A stretch of DNA of 64,000 bases from an uncultured delta proteobacterium (GTDB lineage: Bacteria; Desulfobacterota; Binatia; UBA9968), in the NCBI GenBank assembly GCA_963745835.1, contig CAVUZH010000018.1, positions 160,001 through 224,000 on the forward strand, read 5' to 3'. The notes beneath the pieces are model-generated. The model did no database searches, was not told the DNA's origin, and worked only from the letters and a program-made list of their open reading frames with translations. Numbering within the stretch: the first letter of the stretch is position 1; each line of letters opens with the position of its first letter. Made by a program: the position numbers and the translations under genes. Below, piece after piece: positions 51,265 to 61,346 of the stretch.

Positions 51265-51620
51265 ATCTTTCCCAGGCCAAGCCGAATGTCCTCTATGAAG
51301 CCGGCTATGCTCATGCATTGAACAAGCCATGCATCCATATCTGTTCAACCTCGACCGAGAAACTTCCTTTCGATGTCAGCCATTGGAAAACGACAATGTA
51401 TCATCTGGGGCAGACACACAACTTAGCCAAAGAGCTGGCGCAGCGGCTCAAGGCGGTGCTCGATTGATTTGGAACGTAGCTGAGAAACGCGATTGGAGCG
51501 ATGATTGTGTTTGCCGGCGCTCTGGCATCGGCGCCAACTTGCGCGCTGGAGAAAATCTGGCGGCGCAGCTCAAGCAAAGAAATTATCCTGAAGCAGCCAT
51601 CGGCCTAATCCTCGGTGGCA
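51265..51620 (+). repeat. Diverged direct repeat of 49926-50280 (3' end of nuclease-NDT gene plus dipeptidase remnant copy 2)
   Basis: Codon-by-codon alignment: 10 synonymous and 3 non-synonymous differences in the coding part. Confidence 0.92.
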
Positions 51621-51768
51621 CCCATTTGAAATTTAGCATTTGCACCAAGCCAACGTGCAAACCTGCAACGACTCCGCGCCACTGAAAGAAATTTTGCATT
51701 TTCTCAGATGTCCAGGTAAAAGAACCTCGGCACATTCTAGTAAACCAACCGTCCTACTGGAGGTAGCT

Positions 51769-53307
51769 ATGTTCTGGAGCATTCGTCTTGCTCTATTATC
51801 GATATTCGTGGTGCTGGCGATCGCGCACGCGCCCGGCCATGCGCAGTCGCCGGCCGCGCTGCTCCGGCAGTCGGCCAACGCCATGGGCGGGTTAGCAGCG
51901 CTGAGCGCGCTAAAGAGCGAGGTGATTGAAAGCGAAGGCAAACAGTTCGATTCTTCTTCGACGGCGCAGCCGCTCGGTCCGACCCGGCAGATCACCACGT
52001 TTCGCTACACCCTCACACGCGATCTCATCCGACCCCGATTGCGGCTTGTGTGGGAATGGCAAAGCCTGGGCAGCAAGCAAGCCGGCCGCTTCGTTGAAAC
52101 CATCGACGGCTCGATTGGAATGCTGCAGCAAGGAGGAGACGGCGCCAAGCAAACCCGCCTGCATCCCGGCCGTTTGGCAACCCGCCTGCGCGAGGAGCAC
52201 CGCAATCCCGCAAGACTCGTCCTGGCTGCCTTGAACAACAAGAGTTTGCGCAACCGCGGTGATGTCCAGCTCGACGGCAAACGCCATACGGTGTTGTCCT
52301 TTAGTGAAAAGGACGATGAGTTTCGCATCTACATCGATGCGCAAACGCGGCTGCCGGCACAAACCGAAATTCTCGAGGACGATCCGCTCGAAGGCGACAG
52401 CAGCTACACGCTACGGTACGGCGACTGGCGCAAAGTCGACCGCGTGATGCTGCCGTTTAGTTTGCGCTATGAGCTGAACGGTAAAGTGCTGCAGGAGGAG
52501 CAGATCAGATCGATTCGCCACAACCTGGCGCTCGGCGGCGACGTCTTTGCCATCCCCGAGTCCGTGCGGAATGAAAAAACCGACGCTACGCCGATTGCAT
52601 CCCAATGGATTCTGCGCCGTATCGCGGGCAACGTCAGTTATCAAGACATGGGCCGCGCGCCCGCGGTCCAGTGGGTGGAACTCGCGCCCGGCGTGCACAA
52701 GATTCAAGGTAGTTCCCATGCGACGATCTTAGTCGAGATGGGTGATCATCTGGTCGCCGTTGAGGGTCCGCTGTACGAAGCCCGCACGGCGCCGGTGGTC
52801 AAGTCGATAAAGGAGCGATTCCCCGGAAAGCCGATCCGCTATGCGATCCCGACCCACCACCATCTGGATCACGCCGGCGGGATTCGCGCGTTTATGGCGG
52901 AAGGCGCGGCGATAGTCGTACCCTTCAACGCCCGGGCATTCTATGAGAAAGTCGCGCGTGCGCCGCACACGCGCAATCCTGACAGTCTGGAGCGCAGCAA
53001 ACGACCCGTGGTCATCGAAGCGTTCGGCGGCGGCCACAGAGTTCTCACCGATGGCGCGCGTCGGGTCGAGGTTCATCCGCTTCCGACCTCCCACGCGACA
53101 GACCTGGTCGTGGTATATCTGCCCAGGGAAAAATTGCTTATCGAAGCCGACCACATCAGCCCGCGAAACGGCGAGGTGCCGCCGGGCCCTCGGGTCAAGG
53201 AATTTGTCCAAGAGCTCGACAAGCTCAATCTCGATGTCGCGACGATCGTTGGCATCCATGGCGACCAGGCGAGTCTGGAGACCACCCGAACAGCAGCCAA
53301 GAAGTAG
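51769..53307 (+). CDS. Secreted metallo-beta-lactamase-fold hydrolase with N-terminal beta-rich domain
   Basis: THHHLDHAGG, HATD, EAD, GIHG; GGAGG RBS before ATG 51769; signal peptide. Confidence 0.87.
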   Translation: MFWSIRLALLSIFVVLAIAHAPGHAQSPAALLRQSANAMGGLAALSALKSEVIESEGKQFDSSSTAQPLGPTRQITTFRYTLTRDLIRPRLRLVWEWQSLGSKQAGRFVETIDGSIGMLQQGGDGAKQTRLHPGRLATRLREEHRNPARLVLAALNNKSLRNRGDVQLDGKRHTVLSFSEKDDEFRIYIDAQTRLPAQTEILEDDPLEGDSSYTLRYGDWRKVDRVMLPFSLRYELNGKVLQEEQIRSIRHNLALGGDVFAIPESVRNEKTDATPIASQWILRRIAGNVSYQDMGRAPAVQWVELAPGVHKIQGSSHATILVEMGDHLVAVEGPLYEARTAPVVKSIKERFPGKPIRYAIPTHHHLDHAGGIRAFMAEGAAIVVPFNARAFYEKVARAPHTRNPDSLERSKRPVVIEAFGGGHRVLTDGARRVEVHPLPTSHATDLVVVYLPREKLLIEADHISPRNGEVPPGPRVKEFVQELDKLNLDVATIVGIHGDQASLETTRTAAKK

Positions 53308-53399
53308 GTGCGCCATCGCAGCCTAGGCGGGCAGGAAGAGAAGGGGTCGAGTCCGTTACCGGATACGGCATATCAGTCGGTCTATAACTGCGGCTGGCC

Positions 53400-53746
53400 A
53401 AAAGCAGTTTAGGCAACGTATTACTAATAGCGCACACGATCAGGAGCAGAGACGATGAAGAAGTCACGCGGATCATCAGTGCGCGGTGCGAGCCGGAAAG
53501 AACGAAAAGTATGAAACCGAAGAAAGTTGACTTCTCGGATATTCCCGAGCTTTCCGACGAGCAACGTTCTTCTATGCGTCGGGTGGGTAGACCGACCGTG
53601 GGGCGACGAGCCGAGAAAACTGATCGCGATCCGATTGAACGCGAAGGTATTGGGTTGGCTACGTAAGACAGCCAAGAAAAAAAGGACTGCGGTATCAGTC
53701 GTTAGTCAACGAGATCCTTGCCCGCGAGATGCGGAAGGCGAGTTAG
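53400..53746 (+). pseudogene. Degraded BrnT/BrnA-like toxin-antitoxin pair
   Basis: ...IAHT...TRIISAR.ASRKER, then MKPKKVDFSDIPELSDE...IAIRL...YQSLVNEIL across frames; toxin 5' part missing. Confidence 0.7.
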
Positions 53747-53885
53747 CGACTGGAATAGATCCAACATTCATGTCGCGAAAGATGGCCGGTCCTGGGTGTG
53801 GGGGCGAATATAATAGTGACCGCCGGTATCTAACGACATCAAGAGCGGAATGTGTCACTGCAAAGCTAGCGGTTCGATGTCAATC

Positions 53886-54016
53886 GGCATCGGTGCCAAC
53901 TTGCTCGCTGCAGAAAATCGGAGGCGGAGCTCAAGCAAAGACATTATCCTGAATAGGCCATCAGCAAAATTCTCGGCGGCAATTTACTGCGGGTCCTGCG
54001 CCAGGTCCTCCCATGA
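53886..54016 (+). pseudogene. 3' remnant of membrane dipeptidase-like gene, copy 3
   Basis: ELKQRHYPE*AISKILGGNLLRVLRQVLP*. Confidence 0.65.
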
Positions 54017-54298
54017 TCATTTGTTCCTGCCTGATGATCGAGAGTAATGATCCAGACCTACGCGCACGTCAACTGGCGATATGGATCGATGCGGCCGCTC
54101 CGCTTCGGGCGCCGGGACGAGCCTCGAAATCGGTTTTGTCTTCCGGTTGACTGCCATCACTTCGGTCAACTTTGCTGTCGCCTCAGTGCCTATGACCCGG
54201 AAGAATAGTCGATACGAAAGCCATCCGCTAAGCCGCCGCCCCGTCTTCACCGAAGATTTGAATCCGCCACGCCTGGACCGTTTTCGTTTAGGCCCGAT

Positions 54299-55310
54299 TC
54301 AAATCAGTGATAATCGCTTATGGGCCTTAGTCAGTTCACTTGCCATTCTCTTTTCAGGATCAAAATGATGTCCGGATGCAAATGGGAACCAGATTCCACT
54401 GTAGTGGCGGCAGTAGGTGATCACGTAGGTAAATAGATTAAACAGCCTAAGCATTCCAACCAACCGAATCCCTTGCCTTTGAGCCACAACAATATGTCCG
54501 TTGGTCACCGGTACTCCTAATCGAACTTCTTCGTATAAGATTGGTCTTGGATCCGTCGAAAAGAAGCGCTCCGTATCTCCCTTGCTGTAACGAATGTAAT
54601 TCCGAATATCGTCAAAGTCCTCACGCAGCACAAATTCTTTTCCGAGAACAAACGCCAGATAGTTAAAAGCAATCTTACAAAGGGCTCTGAAAATCGGCCT
54701 GTCAATCTTCAGGTCGCCTAAGATGGCGACTCTCGACCCAATTTTTACAGATTCCGGCCACTCTAACTCGCCTTTCACCTCCGTTTTCAAGCCTTTCGCT
54801 TCGAGGTTTCTAAGGAGGCCGGGTAATTCCCTATCGTTGGGAACAAACATGTGGATTTCCTGTACCTCAAATCCCATATCGATTAGGACTGCTTTTTCTG
54901 GTATTTCATCAGCTTTGAAATACACGTATTTGCCAGTTTCTTTTTTTCGAAAGCCAACCTGTGGAAGCGGTTCATGTGAAATATTACCACCGCGGGTCTC
55001 CGGCATTGGCCTAACATGCATGCCCGCTAATTCTTCACCTTCGGCAATTCGAAAACTAACACGGCGATGCCTAGGATCTGTTTTGGGCTTTATGTCGAAC
55101 TTGTACCTGTAAACGCCTTCAGCTGTATCTCTGCTTAAAAGAAGTTCCAGATTGTCGCCGAAATATTTGTTGCAATCGCTGCAAACAGTCCCTCGAAGAA
55201 CAAGATTATTCTGAAACCTACCTAACGCCTCAGGTATAACGTGCTCTCGATTTGAAATCCGTCCTAGGCTTGACTTGGGAGCAGTAAATGCACTTAAAAC
55301 AGCTACTCAT
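54299..55310 (-). CDS. HNH endonuclease domain protein (frameshift near 55252)
   Basis: Hand translation: MSSCFKCIYC...NREHVIPEALG...VCSDCNKYFG, continuing into ORF 54299-55021; more AT-rich than flanks. Confidence 0.82.
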
Positions 55311-55445
55311 TGAAACCAGTCTACATCGAAACAGTGCGATTTAGAAAGTTGCTGTTGGAATCGGGGACGCTGGAGTTGAGACCAAGGTTCATCACCGGAA
55401 TTTAACAGGTAGCCGGCTGAAGAGAATCTCGTAAAAGGCTCAGTT

Positions 55446-55950
55446 ATGGTGAGGCCGCTCCGGCTAGAATTTGCCTGGTGCCATCTATCAGCTGACAAGC
55501 GCGGCAACGCACGCCAGAAAGTGTTTTCAGCGATGACGATCAAGAGCTGTTTCTGAATACTTCATCTAGGGTCGTCAAAAGGCTATGGTTATATCTGCTG
55601 ATTGAGACACCGAAGGCCAATCTCTCAATCGGCATGCGCCAGCTCAGCCGAATCTATAAGCAAAGCTTTTAATCGCCGGCACAACAGGGTCGGGCATTTG
55701 TATCAAGATCGATTGAAGGCGATTCTGGTGGAAAGGGAATCCCACCTCCTGGAGCTGTGCCGCTTATATCGTGCTCATCCGCTACGGGTTAAAAGCAGTG
55801 TCAGGTCACAGACCTGGAAGTGGAGCAGTTACCGGGCAACAGTTGGACTGGCTGCAGTGCCAGAGTTTCTAAGCACCGATTGATAGTCGCGCAATTCCGC
55901 AAGAAACACGACTCAAGCGCAGAAGCAGTACCGGGAATTGTCAGGGTATC
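55446..55950 (+). pseudogene. Degraded REP-associated/IS200-like HUH tyrosine transposase
   Basis: MVRPLRLEF, RGNARQ, LLIETP.ANLS.GM, FNRRHNRVGHLYQDR.KA, WKWSSYRA with stops and deletions. Confidence 0.8.
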
Positions 55951-56002
55951 TTCGTGAGAAGGATTGGAGCTTGGCTTTGAATGGCGTCGTGCACACGATA
56001 TC

Positions 56003-56902
56003 TCAAGTTTGCCCCACCCAGTCGGAACCGGCAATTTCGCGCCAGCGACTGCGAACGTTTTCAAAGACTTCGACGGGCAATGTTCCGGCCTCCAAGGCCA
56101 GCGCATTTTCCGAAAACCTCTCAGACTTGGTTGTGCCGACAATCGCCGTATGAACACCTGAGACGGTAAGCACAAAGCGTAGCGCTGTTGCCACGGAGTC
56201 GTGCAGATCGCCGCGCAGAAAATCGTACTTGAGTTTCTGCAGTCGCTCCCAATAAGGATAGCCATAATCGTTCCGGGCAGGCCGGTCGCCATCGGCCCAA
56301 GCGACGTTTGCCACCGGCCGCTTCGCAATCACCCCCATGTTTCGTTTCTTTGCCAGAGGCAATGTTAGATCGAGCGCTTCCTGATCAGCAATGTTGATAG
56401 ACGTTTGCAACGAATCGAACTGGCCGCTGTTAACCGCATACAGTGCTGCTTGGCTGTCCCCGCTGTACCCGATGAAGCGGGTGTAGCCACGCTCGCGTGC
56501 TCGCTTGAGAAACTCGATCACTTCACCTTTACGCAGCTCGTCTTCCGAACAGCTGTGGAGCTGTAGCAAGTCGACATGATCCGTCTTCAGCCGTCTAAGG
56601 CTTCTCTCGATAGATTTCCAAAGCGAAGACGGGCGCCAATCCGGATAACTCCATCCTCGTTCATGGCCGCATTTGGTAAAGAGATAGTAATCGCCTCGTC
56701 GAGCGCTGATCGCGTTTCCGATCAATTCCTCACTGGTGACGTAACACTCGGCCGTATCGATGACGTTGACCCCGGCGTCGAGAGCACGATTCAACAATTT
56801 GCTCACAGAGGCGAGTGATGCTCGCTCATAGCCGATCTCCGAGCCGCCGAAGCCGAGAACACTAACATTCATATCGGTTTTGCCAAACCGGCGCTTTTCC
56901 AT
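56003..56902 (-). CDS. Aldo/keto reductase
   Basis: VSVLGFG, IDTAECY, SLRRLKTDHVDLLQLH. Confidence 0.93.
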   Translation of the reverse strand: MEKRRFGKTDMNVSVLGFGGSEIGYERASLASVSKLLNRALDAGVNVIDTAECYVTSEELIGNAISARRGDYYLFTKCGHERGWSYPDWRPSSLWKSIERSLRRLKTDHVDLLQLHSCSEDELRKGEVIEFLKRARERGYTRFIGYSGDSQAALYAVNSGQFDSLQTSINIADQEALDLTLPLAKKRNMGVIAKRPVANVAWADGDRPARNDYGYPYWERLQKLKYDFLRGDLHDSVATALRFVLTVSGVHTAIVGTTKSERFSENALALEAGTLPVEVFENVRSRWREIAGSDWVGQT

Positions 56903-56930
56903 TTTTTACCTTAAAGGACAGTGCCCAGCG

Positions 56931-57115
56931 ACAGTGGGTCACGTCTTGCAACGACACATTTGCAGCTCTCCAGACGCTCGCCGATCACCCAACTTTCTTG
57001 CTCGCGCTGACCGAATGCAATTCACTCAAATTTCGGTTTCTCTTTTAGATAATACTTCGAGAGCAGCGGTCGGTAACGCTCCATGAGTTCCTTATTGAGA
57101 TATGTCGGCGGCTTT
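56931..57115 (-). repeat. Diverged direct repeat of 61245-61440 (3' end of amidohydrolase and its downstream region)
   Basis: Encodes KPPTYLNKELMERYRPLLSKYYLKEKPKFE* identically, with three synonymous base changes. Confidence 0.93.
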
Positions 57116-57188
57116 GGCCTGGGATCACTTCCGCCATACGTGCCAAGGTATGCGGTGGATACCTCATGCCTCGAAGCGGCGTTCCCAA

Positions 57189-57809
57189 TTATTTTTTCGG
57201 AAACAGATTTTGCGCGGCGAGCGCTTTCGTGATCGTTTGCACATAGGACCTTATAGCCGCTTGCACGTTTGTCGGCTCCTTCGTTTTGAGGGTGCCGGTC
57301 CATACCAATTCGTTCTTGGCGACATCATAGAGCGCAGTCTCCGAGGTGTATTCGTTGTAACGGTAAGGGCCGGATGTCCCGGGAATTCCAGACCAAGCAG
57401 CGCCGGCATTTGAGCCGAAGATCCCGAACGAAATTTCCGGTCCTACTGTAGGGTAGTTGGTCTTCTCTTCCACCTTGACTGATCGCATAAAGAGCAAGCC
57501 GTCGGCCCGGGCTTTTTGCGCGGCCTGTTTGAGGTTGTTTTCATTCGTCTCATCATTCTCCGGCATGTACCGATAGCTCGGCGATGCGTTGACGCCCACT
57601 GCCGCTAGTTGAGTCACGAACTCGTCTTCGAAATTGCGCCGCACGCTGACATCCCCGCTTGGACCTCCAATCATCAGTCGCTGCAAGGAGCCCGAAGTCT
57701 GCGCGGGATTACGCCATTCACTGACGATTGGGGTAGCGGTCGAACAACCGTTGAGAGTGAGGGTGATGAAAAGAATTTCCACAATGCCTAAGAGCAACGT
57801 CTGCTTCAT
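57189..57809 (-). CDS. Lipoprotein of unknown function
   Basis: Lipobox LNGC; RRNFEDEF, ETALYDV...LVWTG. Confidence 0.78.
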   Translation of the reverse strand: MKQTLLLGIVEILFITLTLNGCSTATPIVSEWRNPAQTSGSLQRLMIGGPSGDVSVRRNFEDEFVTQLAAVGVNASPSYRYMPENDETNENNLKQAAQKARADGLLFMRSVKVEEKTNYPTVGPEISFGIFGSNAGAAWSGIPGTSGPYRYNEYTSETALYDVAKNELVWTGTLKTKEPTNVQAAIRSYVQTITKALAAQNLFPKK

Positions 57810-57935
57810 GGCCGGATGTTCGCACTAAATCAACAGTCGTTACAAGACTCTCCTTAAAAAGGTCCGGTTGCGGAAATTCACCAAGCACACGCGAAGATCA
57901 AGCACCGGTTCTTTGAGGTAGCGAACAAGCGCAAA

Positions 57936-58163
57936 ATGGCCACGATCTTTCACGAGGAGGTCTGGGCCAGCAAAGGAAGCCTAACGGCATGCGGACATAA
58001 GTACTATGAAATGGGCCGGCGGGCCCGCGGATCTATGCCAAAAATCGTTAGCGGCGTGCATTCTAAGGACCTAGCGTGGCGCACGCAATTAAATTTGACC
58101 TGGCCACTAATCTTAGAAACCGCAGCAGAGATTGCGCCGGAACTATTGAAGAAGGGCCGATAA
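57936..58163 (+). pseudogene. C-terminal remnant of an ABC substrate-binding protein
   Basis: KGSLTACG..YYEMGRRA...SGVHSKDL...ETAAEI.PELLKK resembles the ABC_sub_bind C-terminus, with frameshifts. Confidence 0.5.
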
Positions 58164-58369
58164 GGTTATTCGATAGCTAATTGAATACGTCTCAGCCGGT
58201 GTTCTACGCTGTTCTACGTTCCCGCGCTTTCGGGCTGAGCTAGTGCAGCGTGCAGCATTACTGCATCCGACTGTTGCCTTCGCTTGATCGATGATGACTC
58301 GTTCGATCCTTTCTACGAAATCTGATGAGACTGGTTTATAGATAGTTGCAAAAATAACGTCAGCACCAA

Positions 58370-59440
58370 TTACGGCATGCTAACGTACCCTTCATTAACC
58401 AGATAATTTTTAATTGCCTCGGCGACAGCAAGATGACCTGCAGGTTCCCAATGCCCGCTCGATCTGAAAGCTTCTCCTTTTGCTCTTCTTTCAGCAAAGT
58501 GGGGTCTCGTAGAAAAACATCTGGCTTTTTCATTTAGCCGGCACAAGGTGAGCATGTACGCCTCACCTCGGGTCACGGCGACGTCCATGGCGATTTCTCT
58601 TGCTCGCGGGAGATATGCCAGTATTGGAATTGCATGGACGCTGTCGACTAACTTTATCATCGCGGTCAATATGGCGCTCGTAATGTCCTCCATTTCTTTC
58701 TCTCGAAGCCCTAATAAGCTTTTTACTCTGTAGTGTATTAATGAAGATATATCGGCAATCCTCGGTCTGCTCCAATCCCGTTGGAGGATGTCCTGGGGAC
58801 GTGGAACCGGCGTGCCTGTCAACTTAAGCTCACCTCCCTTTAGGACAAAGCGAGGTTTCGCAAAGTCTCTGAATTCGAGTAGATTTCTAGACATATCTAG
58901 CGGCAGAAAACCTAAGATAACGATATCCGGCTGGTATCTGACTCCTTCTTCTCGAAGAAGAATCAACATCTGATCATGGCCGTAGCCGTGTACGCCCATG
59001 TTGATGATTTCTGTATGCGGCAGCATTTGTTGAAGATAGTAACAATATGTTTCGTCATCGCTCACTTCATCACCGAAAGTAAACGAATCTCCGAGTACCA
59101 ATATTCGTTGTTTGTTTTTGGTATAGGGGAAGTTCTTCTTGCCTCTAAGACCTTTAGAATTCGTGTTTAAAATCTTATTGTCGAATACTCTTACGTCTTT
59201 GAGATCGGGCTTGGGTCGCCATCCTTTGGAAGGATCATAGATGTCAAATGTGTAGTAGGCTTCCGTACTAGAATATTGATGTCTCTGAACCCAATTGCGA
59301 CGGTGCGTATAATCCTCATTTGCCTGGAGACGTTGAGCAACTTGAGGTATTGAAAAAGCCAGCCTAGCAAAGCCCTCAAATAAGAAGGCTAAGAAACCGA
59401 CATATCCAAGAACCAAAAAAAATTTCCGCGTCCTGCTCAT
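58370..59440 (-). CDS. SGNH/GDSL hydrolase family membrane-anchored protein
   Basis: NSKGLRG, ILVLGDSFTFG, INMGVHGYG, GHWEPAGH. Confidence 0.87.
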   Translation of the reverse strand: MSRTRKFFLVLGYVGFLAFLFEGFARLAFSIPQVAQRLQANEDYTHRRNWVQRHQYSSTEAYYTFDIYDPSKGWRPKPDLKDVRVFDNKILNTNSKGLRGKKNFPYTKNKQRILVLGDSFTFGDEVSDDETYCYYLQQMLPHTEIINMGVHGYGHDQMLILLREEGVRYQPDIVILGFLPLDMSRNLLEFRDFAKPRFVLKGGELKLTGTPVPRPQDILQRDWSRPRIADISSLIHYRVKSLLGLREKEMEDITSAILTAMIKLVDSVHAIPILAYLPRAREIAMDVAVTRGEAYMLTLCRLNEKARCFSTRPHFAERRAKGEAFRSSGHWEPAGHLAVAEAIKNYLVNEGYVSMP

Positions 59441-59602
59441 TTTGCATCAATTGGTTGCTGGTCCGGAACCTTCACCTTAGATCACCATCAAAACTCCACC
59501 GAGCCCGAATGGGAGCGCGAATGCTTTTTTGACGCCGGGCGGATGCGTGCAGCCTCTTTAGGTTCACGCGATTTTTCGAGTGGCGCAGGCTGGTGGCCGT
59601 TA

Positions 59603-60500
59603 CTACAACATTGCCCTCCAGACTCGATAGAAACGGTATTTCAGAAAAAATGGTCGAAGAATAATCGCTTCCCTTATCGCTTCCAGAGCTCTGTTCCTTT
59701 CACCAATTTTCCAGCGCCATTTCGCGAGTCTATAAAAACGGTGGGCCTTGCGCCTGTTGATATGGTGGCGACCGAGAATTTTGATGGACTCGGGGAACTC
59801 CTGAACTAGTTTGTCGATAACCTTTAGGTTCTCTAATTGTCTAAGCTCCTCGTTACCCCCGATGCTTCCTTGATGCCGGCGATAAAAAAACACTACCTTA
59901 TCCAGATAAGCAACCGGGAAGCGAATGAAAACCCTAAAAGCCAAATCCAAATCCATGGCGATTCGTAATGTCTCATCGAGTCCGCCAATGGTCAAAAGAA
60001 CCTGCCTGGAAAGAAGCGTTGCCTGCAGACGAAGGATACTCACGTCGAAAAGATCCACCAGCTTCACTCCGTCTTGGGCCAGCCGCTTAGATTTCTCCAA
60101 GGGAATGATAGTCTTTGTTTTTGGACCTCCAACATAACCGCCATTGGCGAAAACCATGCCGAGTTCATTGCTTTTTTTCACAATGCCGTAGAGACTTTCC
60201 AGATGATTTCGCCGCACAGATATCGTCGGAATCCTGAATAGAGATCCAATTCGCGCGAGCATTCTGGATGCCGACATTTCTTGCCGCAGAGGGGCCGCGG
60301 TTCTCCTGACGGATATAGCGCAGAATATGACCATATGACTTCACCAGCGCTTCGGTCTCATCGGTTGAACCGTCGTCCACCACGATAATCTCGAAATCGC
60401 GAAATGTCTGCGTCACGATGCTATCGAGCGTTTCTCTTAGCAAACTTGCTCGATTGTACGTCGCTATAACTACTGAGATGAGTGGGGTTCTAATAGGCAT
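59603..60500 (-). CDS. Glycosyltransferase family 2 (frameshift near 60210)
   Basis: ISVVIATYN, VVDDGSTD, GPSAARN, QDSDD, GGLDE, MDLDL. Confidence 0.87.
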
Positions 60501-60994
60501 CGAAGATAGTAATTTTCTCAACCGATTCTTCTACCCTCTGTTCTGAGTAGCGAAGATTCGGTCTTGTGCTCTGGGGTATGGCAGGCGCTCCCATGGAAAA
60601 CCAGCGGCGCGATCGGCCCAATGCTTTTAGAAGCTTACCACTCGGTGGCATAACAAAAACAGGAGTGACAAGAACGAGGATCACCGGGATCTCTGCACCT
60701 TCTCTTCGTCTAATTCGCTCTCGATATCGGTGCAAGTGACTGCAGCTGACGACCTCGCTTTCGTATCTTCTCGTTGGAATTTCGCTCGGCCCCTCTCTTG
60801 TGGGCATGATCCAATTAGAGCCTTCCAACTGCCTGACTCTTGGAAATAGCAACTGAAGTCCCGGTAGTCATTTCGCTTTATGGGACTGAAGGTCCATTAC
60901 CGCCTTCAGACGAAGCAATACAAGCCGGTGGATAGACGATTCACTCACCCGTGTGAGGATGGGGAGAGAATGTCTGGTCGGAAGCGAGCCCGCT

Positions 60995-61246
60995 CGGCAA
61001 TTCGAATTTGTGGATCCGAAAGTGGAGATGCCGGCTCTTTTGCCTTTCAAGTGCAAGGGCTGCTTAATCTCCGCGGCGCGCCATCAAATGAAACGGCGAT
61101 ACGTTGCCGCTTGCTGCGATGATAACCACTTCGCTGCCGGCGGCGGTTGCTGCAATTGCCGCTATAGCGCCGGGAATAATCGGCGCGCTACCTGCCAACA
61201 TGGCGGCCACCATCCGCGTGCTGCCACCGATGCGAACCAATTCCAC
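60995..61246 (-). pseudogene. Internal fragment of an NMT1-like ABC substrate-binding protein
   Basis: ELVRIGGSTRMVAAMLAG...VVIIAA, then LKGKRAGISTFGS in another frame. Confidence 0.6.
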
Positions 61247-61346
61247 AGTGGGTCACGACGGTGGGTCAGCTTGCAATGACACATTTGCAACTTTCCAGGC
61301 GCGCGCCTATCGCCCAACTTTCTTGCTCGTTCTGGTCGAATGCAAT

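Noticed and set aside
60520-60990. ORFs between GT2 and the SBP remnant
   Set aside because: No motif, RBS or consistent coding signal that I can support.
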